Origin: Lachnospiraceae bacterium
Lineage (GTDB): Bacteria; Bacillota; Clostridia; Lachnospirales; Lachnospiraceae
Length of the DNA stretch: 64,000 nt
Assembly: GCA_017652745.1 (NCBI GenBank)
Contig: JAGCAK010000005.1
Location: 16,202-80,201, forward strand
Direction of reading: 5' to 3'
Position numbers and translations under genes: made by a program. Within the stretch, counting starts at the first letter, position 1; every line of letters starts with the position of its first letter. The notes under the pieces were generated by a model. It had not been told where the DNA came from, ran no database searches, and worked only from the letters and a program-made list of their open reading frames with translations. Positions 57,594 through 64,000 of this stretch are shown piece by piece.

Positions 57594-58515
57594 AAAGGGT
57601 ACGGTATCAAGTGTATTATTACTTTTCTTAGCCGCATTAATTTGGGGCTTTTCTTTTGTTGCGCAAAGCGATGGCGGCCTGGCTTTTGGCGCTTTTTCAT
57701 TTAATGGTGCAAGGCTTCTTTTTACTGCACTGATATTACGTATTTTGATTACGATCACAGATAAGATGGGCATTTCATCGGCTCCGGTAGATGTTGCTGA
57801 TAAAAAAAGACAGTTATTTGCCGGTCTTGTCTGCGGACTTTTTATTTTTGTTGCTACAAACTTTCAGCAGATCGGAATGAATCTTGGAGCAGGCACTGGG
57901 AAAGCCGGGTTTATTACATCCATGTATATTTTGATGGTTCCGATCATTGGTCTTTTTTTCCGCCAGAAGATCAAATGGAATGTGTGGGCTGCAGTCGGGG
58001 TCGCTTTAGTGGGACTCTACTTCCTTTGTGTAAATGGTAAACTTGAATTTGTCCCTGCAGATATCTGCTTAATGCTGGGAGCTTTGGGATTTGCAGGACA
58101 GATTGTTACGATCGACCGATACGGGAACCGGGTCGATGCACTTCGGTTATCCGGTATGCAGTTCCTGTTTGGAGGCTTTCTGACGTCGATCATTGCAGTA
58201 ATTTATGAGGTCATTCCGTTCCCTGGAGGGATTGCGGCATGGGCTGTGCCTCTTTTTCATGGAAGAATCTGGTTGGAATTATTATATATGGCGGTATTAA
58301 GCGGCGGGGTTGCATATTCTCTGCAGATTATCTGTCAGAAGAGACTGAATCCAACAGTGGCGTCATTGATCATGAGCTTTGAAGCAGTCTTTTCTGCCTT
58401 TGCCGGTTGGCTGATCCTGCATCAAAAATTATCTCAAAGAGAAATCATAGGCTGTTTTATTATGTTTGCGGCAGTCATTATTGCGCAGATCAACTTTAAG
58501 CATAAATCATCTTAA
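57586..58515 (+). CDS. DMT superfamily (EamA-like) transporter
   Basis: The ATG at 57586 overlaps the ribF stop. About 10 TM helices in a two-EamA-repeat pattern. Confidence 0.8.
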   Translation: MSKKGTVSSVLLLFLAALIWGFSFVAQSDGGLAFGAFSFNGARLLFTALILRILITITDKMGISSAPVDVADKKRQLFAGLVCGLFIFVATNFQQIGMNLGAGTGKAGFITSMYILMVPIIGLFFRQKIKWNVWAAVGVALVGLYFLCVNGKLEFVPADICLMLGALGFAGQIVTIDRYGNRVDALRLSGMQFLFGGFLTSIIAVIYEVIPFPGGIAAWAVPLFHGRIWLELLYMAVLSGGVAYSLQIICQKRLNPTVASLIMSFEAVFSAFAGWLILHQKLSQREIIGCFIMFAAVIIAQINFKHKSS

Positions 58516-58634
58516 AAGGCATATTCCTTTTTTGCATAAAGGTTGCGAGAAAAAAAAAGATTTCCTATAATCACTTGCAAAGGGAGAGTATAAAAAAATA
58601 AGAGGGAGGATAATCAAAGCATAAGGAGTCGGTA

Positions 58635-58895
58635 ATGACAGATTTACAGGTAAAGTTCTTTATGGAACTAACAAGAACCCTGAGTTTTTCAAAAACCGCA
58701 GAAACTTTTTACACCACACAGCCAACAGTGAGCAGACAGATCAAAATGTTGGAAGAAGAGTGGGGAGTTAAATTGTTCGATCGTAATAAAAGACAGGTTC
58801 AATTAACAAAAGCCGGAAAAATAATGGCAGATTTCTTCGGTTCTCATAGAGAAGCTTTGATGAAAGCACTTCAAAAAGCAAGGAAGTGTAAATAA
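58635..58895 (+). CDS. LysR-family N-terminal HTH plus linker only (truncated; stand-alone ORF or gene remnant)
   Basis: 86 aa. LSFSKTAETFYTTQPTVSRQIKMLEEEWGVKLFDR is a LysR wHTH. The ORF stops after the linker helix and is followed by a terminator, with no effector-binding domain. Confidence 0.6.
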   Translation: MTDLQVKFFMELTRTLSFSKTAETFYTTQPTVSRQIKMLEEEWGVKLFDRNKRQVQLTKAGKIMADFFGSHREALMKALQKARKCK

Positions 58896-58914
58896 TCGTT
58901 TTTTAACGTTTTAT

Positions 58915-58945
58915 GAAGAGGGAATAAGCCCTCTTCTTTTTTTTT
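58915..58945 (+). terminator. Rho-independent terminator
   Basis: GAAGAGGG / CCCTCTTC stem followed by T9. Confidence 0.8.
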
Positions 58946-59018
58946 CTGATATGTTTGTTGATTGTCATCTGGTATACCAAATGGTACAATATGGTTTAAA
59001 TAAGCACATGAAAGGAGG

Positions 59019-59705
59019 TTGTTGTCTTTGGCTCAGACAAAAAAGAAATCTGTTGAAAATGAAAGCAAACAGATTCATGTGTATAACCAGATAAAGGAAG
59101 ATATTTTAAATGGTACATTTCCACCAGGTACTGTGATGGTGGAACGCAAATTGTGTGACCGCTATGAAGTCAGTCGGTCTCCTATACGGGCAGCCCTTCA
59201 GATGCTGGTCCGCGACGGTCTGCTTTCTTATTCCCGCAGTCAGGGAATGATCGTGCCGGAAGTAACGATTGAGGATATATTTGAGATCTATGATCTGATG
59301 GAATTATTCCAGAAATATGCTGTACGCAGGTCTATCAAACGGATGAATGATCTGAGCCTGCAGGCGCTTGAGGCAACACTTTATAAGATCAGGGAATCCC
59401 TGGATAAAGAAAACGTTCTGGATGCAATCAAATGGGATATCAAATTCCATGAGTTTCTGGTAGACTTTTCCGAAAGCCGTCGTTTGAAACAGTTTTATGA
59501 ACAGATCAGTGTGCAGATCGGAAGATTTCTGTCATCCACACTGGAAGATACCTTTTTGGCAGAACGTTCCTATCTGGAACATCGGAATATTTATAACTGT
59601 CTGGCAGATGGTGATCTGAAAGGAGCAGAGGAGGCTATCTCGCAACATTATGCGAATACCAAGCAATATTACGTCAACCGTCTGCTGGGTGATAGTCTTT
59701 ATTGA
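59019..59705 (+). CDS. GntR family transcriptional regulator (FadR/FCD type)
   Basis: wHTH ERKLCDRYEVSRSPIRAALQMLVRDGLL plus an all-helical C-terminal domain. The true start may be the TTG at 59028, 9 nt after AAAGGAGG. Confidence 0.8.
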   Translation: MLSLAQTKKKSVENESKQIHVYNQIKEDILNGTFPPGTVMVERKLCDRYEVSRSPIRAALQMLVRDGLLSYSRSQGMIVPEVTIEDIFEIYDLMELFQKYAVRRSIKRMNDLSLQALEATLYKIRESLDKENVLDAIKWDIKFHEFLVDFSESRRLKQFYEQISVQIGRFLSSTLEDTFLAERSYLEHRNIYNCLADGDLKGAEEAISQHYANTKQYYVNRLLGDSLY

Positions 59706-59723
59706 TTTTTGACAAAAGAAAAA

Positions 59724-59794
59724 AGCAGGATACGGGAGTCGAACCCGCCTCTTCGGCTTGGGAAGCCAATGTGCTACCGATATACCAATCCTGC
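59724..59794 (-). tRNA. tRNA-Gly (anticodon CCC)
   Basis: 71 nt: acceptor GCAGGAT/ATCCTGC+T, anticodon arm TTGGC-TTCCCAA-GCCGA, T arm GCGGG-TTCGACT-CCCGT, with one mismatch in the D stem. Confidence 0.8.
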
Positions 59795-59853
59795 AAGTGA
59801 GCGTATTATAGCAGTTATGAGGAATGATTTCAATCATCAGGGGAGAGAAAAAA

Positions 59854-60642
59854 ATGTACGAATTTGTTTTTGATGGTTTTTCTAAAGAACAGTGTGAGGC
59901 CTATCTGAAGAGGATCGGAGCTCACTTTGACGGAAGAATCACGATGGATAACCTGAATTATCTGATTTTCCAACATCAGATATCAGTACCATTTGAGGAT
60001 CTGGCAGTTTATGAAAACTGGGGAACAGTCAACCTCGAACCGGATGCTCTGTTTCATAAAATTGTAACAGAACATAGAGGCGGCTTTTGCTTTGAACTGA
60101 ATGGGGCCTTTTTACTTCTGCTCAAAGGACTCGGGTTTGATGCCGTTGGGGTCATGTGTCGGATGGGTATTCCTGCTTTTGGGACGCTCAGACGATTAGA
60201 CCACAGGGGCGTGATGGTTACGCTGGATGGAAAAGAGTATTATTGCGATGTTGGTATGGGAGGACCTAAACCGGCAGGAGCCGTACCGCTTTCCGGTGAA
60301 AAAACCATGATAAACGGAAAGTGTTATTGGATCGAGGATACGGACAGGGGCTGGAAGATGCTCAAGAACAGCTGGCAGACAGATGGTTCCTGCGTCATTT
60401 TTGCTCCGATTGCCATGCTTCCGTTTGATTTTTATGGAAACTGTCAGGATATGATCGATCGGGGAAATACTGTCTTTCATTCAACCAGAATGGTAAACCT
60501 TACGACCGAAGACGGTTTTATCCAGATCAATAACAATACGCTGACGATCAATCAAAACGGCGTGGAAACAAAACGTGATTTTCCGGAAGAGGAGTTTCCG
60601 GAATTATTAAAAAAATACTACGGGATAGATTATAGGAAATAA
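59854..60642 (+). CDS. arylamine N-acetyltransferase (NAT family)
   Basis: ATG at 59854. Catalytic Cys context RGGFCFELN, then LDHRGVMV...YYCDVGMGG, consistent with a Cys-His-Asp triad. Confidence 0.8.
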   Translation: MYEFVFDGFSKEQCEAYLKRIGAHFDGRITMDNLNYLIFQHQISVPFEDLAVYENWGTVNLEPDALFHKIVTEHRGGFCFELNGAFLLLLKGLGFDAVGVMCRMGIPAFGTLRRLDHRGVMVTLDGKEYYCDVGMGGPKPAGAVPLSGEKTMINGKCYWIEDTDRGWKMLKNSWQTDGSCVIFAPIAMLPFDFYGNCQDMIDRGNTVFHSTRMVNLTTEDGFIQINNNTLTINQNGVETKRDFPEEEFPELLKKYYGIDYRK

Positions 60643-61799
60643 TGGCAAATCTGATTGATTATGTAAAATGGAGAGGAGATCTTCCTTTTGATACATTTCC
60701 TCTGTGCGAAGTTGATGCGGCAATTCTAAGTCAGATCGTTTATTGGAATATGGATGGCATCGCACCGAAAGATCTGAAACAGCCGATGTCCATTACTGCG
60801 CTTTGCCAAAGCTCTGTATTAGAAGAACTGCCGCCATATTGTTCGGAAGAAGACAGAACCTTAAAAGAACTTCTTCCCGCTGCACAACGTTTTAAAGACA
60901 TTACCCTTTTCAGGTTCGTGAACGAGATCGATCCGGAACAGGAAACACAGTTTGCTGCGGTAACGTTCTCCTTCAGTAATAAAAAACGGTTTATAGCATT
61001 TCGAGGGACCGATGATTCTCTTGCCGGGTGGAAAGAATGCATGGACATGGCTTATTACGAAGAGGTGAAAGCGCAGCAGAAAGCAGTGCACTATTTGGAG
61101 CAGATAGCAGCTGTCACGCGAGGGGAACTCTATATCGGGGGACATTCCAAAGGCGGTAATTTAGCTGTTTATGCAGGCGCGTTTTGCCCGGATAAGATCA
61201 ACCACAGGATCATGGGCATTTATAATTTCGATGGACCTGGATTTAATCAAAAAGTTTTGGAAAAAGATCAATTCAGGAAAAATCAGTATCGGGTCCACAC
61301 CTTTGTACCGCAGGATTCTCTGGTGGGGATGCTTCTGACTCATCAGGAAGCTTATCAGGTCGTGCATAGTAATGCATCGAACGGGATCTCCCAGCATCAC
61401 CTGGTAACCTGGGAGTGCGGTCCGAAACAATTTGCCTACGCTGAAAAACTGACGGAATCAGGGGAAAACACTGGTGAGACTATCCGTGAATGGCTGGATT
61501 CCATGTCATATGAAGAAAAACAGCACTTTATTGCAGTGCTTTATGATCTGGTAGATGATTACAAAACGGTTGGTCAGTTATTTACTGCAAAAAACCTTTA
61601 TAAAGTCATGCAGGAATACAGGGGTATGGATAAGGAAAAAAAGAAAATCGTTGCAGACGCTGTGGGGATTTTGAGAAAGTCTTTAGTCGATGATATGATC
61701 GATGGTGTTAAGGATACATATCAGGGCGTGAAGGAAACTTACCAGGAAGTAAAAGAAAAGGTAACGGACAAGATCCGGCAGGTACAGATTAAAAAATAG
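60642..61799 (+). CDS. DUF2974 (Mbeg1-like) alpha/beta-hydrolase-like protein
   Basis: FRGTDDSLAGWKE and GHSKGGNLA motifs; the start overlaps the NAT stop. Confidence 0.7.
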   Translation: MANLIDYVKWRGDLPFDTFPLCEVDAAILSQIVYWNMDGIAPKDLKQPMSITALCQSSVLEELPPYCSEEDRTLKELLPAAQRFKDITLFRFVNEIDPEQETQFAAVTFSFSNKKRFIAFRGTDDSLAGWKECMDMAYYEEVKAQQKAVHYLEQIAAVTRGELYIGGHSKGGNLAVYAGAFCPDKINHRIMGIYNFDGPGFNQKVLEKDQFRKNQYRVHTFVPQDSLVGMLLTHQEAYQVVHSNASNGISQHHLVTWECGPKQFAYAEKLTESGENTGETIREWLDSMSYEEKQHFIAVLYDLVDDYKTVGQLFTAKNLYKVMQEYRGMDKEKKKIVADAVGILRKSLVDDMIDGVKDTYQGVKETYQEVKEKVTDKIRQVQIKK

Positions 61800-61857
61800 T
61801 TTCTTTTATTTGGGTTTTTATATATAATTAATCAACTAGGAAAAGAGGATAAATAAG

Positions 61858-62172
61858 ATGGTTATCAGTTTAAAATGGAAAGACAGAACCTTAATGGCAG
61901 CCGTTGCCAAAATCACCCAGAACATGATCGCAGCGCAGGACCTGGGTGTAGACAGAGCGCAGATTTTTTGGCGTATCTCAATGTATGCAAAGATCGGGCT
62001 GTTAAAAAAACAGGATGTCAGAGATATTCTGACGGCTATGGAAGCCTTCAGTGTTATCCTCAAAAAACAGCCTTACAGAGATCCAAACGGTGATTTCGCG
62101 GATATTGATGGAGTGATTGCCCGCCTGAAAGAGCTGATGGCCAGAAAAGGAGTTGAACCTACTCCGGAATAA
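61858..62172 (+). CDS. hypothetical small helical protein
   Basis: 104 aa, RBS AAGAGGA, no recognisable motif; it ends 19 nt before the LysR gene. Confidence 0.5.
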   Translation: MVISLKWKDRTLMAAVAKITQNMIAAQDLGVDRAQIFWRISMYAKIGLLKKQDVRDILTAMEAFSVILKKQPYRDPNGDFADIDGVIARLKELMARKGVEPTPE

Positions 62173-62191
62173 AGGACTTTAGGAGTGTATT

Positions 62192-63079
62192 ATGAATGAT
62201 GTTTTGATTGAATGCTTCCGTGCCGCGACCGAAACGCTGAACTTTACAACAGCTGCACAGATGATCCATATTTCTCAGCCTTCTTTCAGCCGAAATATCG
62301 CGATGCTGGAGGAAGAGATCGGGTTTAAACTTTTCTGGCGCAGTAAGCAGAACGGGATCCGGCTGACGCCGGCTGGTTCGACTCTTTATAATGGTTTGTT
62401 TGGGGTGGAACGCCAGTATTTTGAACTTCTTGAAAAATGCAGGCAGATCAGCAGAGGAGAGGAAGGTAAACTGGTAATCGGTATCCTGAATGGAATCTGC
62501 CTGGACAGCCAGACTTTTTACCATATTTCTAAATTTCGAGAGGAATATCCGCAGGTCGATGTGGAACTGAAAAGCTGCTCGATGATGGATTTGGAAAATA
62601 ATCTGATCAAGGGCGTCTGTGATATCAGCTTCATGATGGCAAATCTGATCCAAAATAAAGATGAGATCCTGTATGAGAAGGTTTATTCCATTCCGACTTT
62701 TTATGTTGTTCCGAAAACAATGGGGCTCAAACCGAGAGAGGAATATCATCTTACCGATCTGCAGGATCAGACATTCCTTCTTTCTGTCGAGAATCCGGAA
62801 GGAAATGAAAGGCTGATCCAAAATTGCAGAGAATGCGGTTTTGAACCGAAAGTGAGGATCGCTCCGGATAACGAGACAAAACTTCTTTGGGCGGATATGG
62901 GAGAAGGTGTAGCAGCGATTACGATCGATCAATATATCCGGAACAGCTCTCATGTGGAGGTTATCAGGATCGCGGAGTCAGGATACCTGGATTTTTCTAT
63001 CTGCTGGAGTAAGGATAACTATAATCCTGCGATTGCGCTGTTCTATTCGCTGATCGATGAAGTCATGAAGACATATTAA
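62192..63079 (+). CDS. LysR family transcriptional regulator
   Basis: wHTH LNFTTAAQMIHISQPSFSRNIAMLEEEIGFKLF plus a full-length substrate-binding domain, 295 aa. Confidence 0.9.
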   Translation: MNDVLIECFRAATETLNFTTAAQMIHISQPSFSRNIAMLEEEIGFKLFWRSKQNGIRLTPAGSTLYNGLFGVERQYFELLEKCRQISRGEEGKLVIGILNGICLDSQTFYHISKFREEYPQVDVELKSCSMMDLENNLIKGVCDISFMMANLIQNKDEILYEKVYSIPTFYVVPKTMGLKPREEYHLTDLQDQTFLLSVENPEGNERLIQNCRECGFEPKVRIAPDNETKLLWADMGEGVAAITIDQYIRNSSHVEVIRIAESGYLDFSICWSKDNYNPAIALFYSLIDEVMKTY

Positions 63080-63118
63080 AAAAAAGTCATCGTTTTTCTT
63101 AAATATATATTCTGATTG

Positions 63119-63166
63119 AAAAGAGCATTTGTATTTCTCGAAAAGAGAAAAAGAATGCTCTTTTTT
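63119..63166 (+). terminator. terminator after the LysR gene
   Basis: AAAAGAGCATT / AATGCTCTTTT outer stem with an inner mini-hairpin, followed by T6. Confidence 0.65.
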
Positions 63167-63217
63167 GTGCATTTTGCATAAGGATCATCGATTGAATGAC
63201 CTCATTCTTATTAAGTA

Positions 63218-63247
63218 TTGCACTTCTGGTACCTTTTGAAATATAAT
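63218..63247 (+). promoter_or_regulatory. promoter candidate for the last gene
   Basis: TTGCAC, 18-nt spacer, TATAAT. Confidence 0.4.
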
Positions 63248-63280
63248 GCATATATATTAAGAAAGGAGATGGTATTTTTA

Positions 63281-64000
63281 TGGATAACTTCACAAAACCA
63301 AAAGTACAGGTAACTGAAGAAGACAAACAGAAAAGTTACTACAAGTACTACGAAAGAGAATTAGCTGAAATCGCTCCAGAAAAAGCCGGAAAGATCTTTG
63401 GGCCGCCAATGAATCCAGTTGGACAGCTGGCATTTGTTGACAGAGCTAAGATCTTAGAGCCAGGTTTTGAAGATGAGATCGGCTACACCAGTGTACCGGA
63501 TGGAACAGGGTATATTTCAGATTGTACCTTTATTCCTGGCGGAACACCGGACATGATTGACTGGTACTTTGCATGGAGAGGCCTTGATCCATTAAGATTT
63601 ACGATCATCAATCCAATGGAAAACATTGCCGCTTTATCAATGCAGTCAGTTATCTCAAAAGACCCTGACAGAACAACGCAGGAGAAATACTGGGATACAA
63701 CACAGGAGATCAAGAGAATGGGTGTCATGGGACCTTTCGGACCTCCTAAGATTGATTATCTCAGCCTGAAATGCCCGTCAAGCGTTGGATTTGACATGAG
63801 CAAGATCGGTCCGGATCAGGAAACTAAGACTCTGGTTTGCGGACGTAACTTTGCTGATGGCAACCCGCCAAATGCTGCACCTGACTATTTCGTATGCCAT
63901 CAGGTCAAAGAAGTTGAGGGTGGTATCGAAGTCAGAACGAGAATCTGGTACGGCTGGACAGTTATGTATGGAAATAACTTCAAGTCTCTTCCGGACGGAT
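63281..64000 (+). CDS. hypothetical protein, 3' end outside window; possibly a PhlG/Phy-type (DAPG/phloretin hydrolase-like) fold, a low-confidence guess
   Basis: ATG behind AAAGGAGA. The frame is open for 240 codons to the window edge, which is why it is missing from the ORF track. The functional guess rests only on remembered similarity around DMIDWYFAWRGLDP. Confidence 0.8.

Noticed and set aside
1-64000. A search for mobile elements, prophage, CRISPR-Cas, toxin-antitoxin or defence systems across the window.
   Set aside because: No integrase, transposase, recombinase, Cas, nuclease/ATPase defence-type or phage structural proteins appear in any listed ORF. The only mobility-like signal is the tRNA-Leu 3'-end duplication, reported separately.

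Overview
The window looks like a chromosomal segment of a Firmicute, probably Clostridia or Lachnospiraceae-like. That assignment is an inference from gene content and order. About 60 protein genes are almost all on the + strand, and six solitary tRNA genes lie between them. The core is housekeeping: ispF-cysS-mrnC-rlmB, pyruvate carboxylase, FeoAB, rpsB-tsf, then the classic block pyrH-frr-uppS-cdsA-dxr-rseP-ispG-polC followed by rimP-nusA-L7Ae-infB-rbfA-nrnA-truB-ribF. Small accessory patches sit between these: a chromate-transporter pair; cupin/MBL/flavoprotein/GNAT; GtrA plus lipoprotein-GT2-YfhO; a HAAT-type ABC importer; MATE/TetR; and NAT/DUF2974/LysR/hydrolase-like genes. I found no integrase, transposase, CRISPR array, toxin-antitoxin or recognisable defence genes. 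The most unusual observation is that the syntenic replicative polC (1229 aa) lacks the DnaQ-like 3'-5' exonuclease domain normally inserted in its PHP domain; a 46-aa acidic linker takes its place. Other points worth a second look:
- a tRNA-Leu whose anticodon reads AAG (A34)
- a 16-nt duplication of that tRNA's 3' end flanking a structured ~140-bp element
- a near-consensus CIRCE operator on an hsp20 promoter
- an ACP-like gene with a non-canonical Ser motif next to pta
- an HTH-only LysR ORF

All calls come from reading the sequence and ORF translations. No database search or folding program was run.
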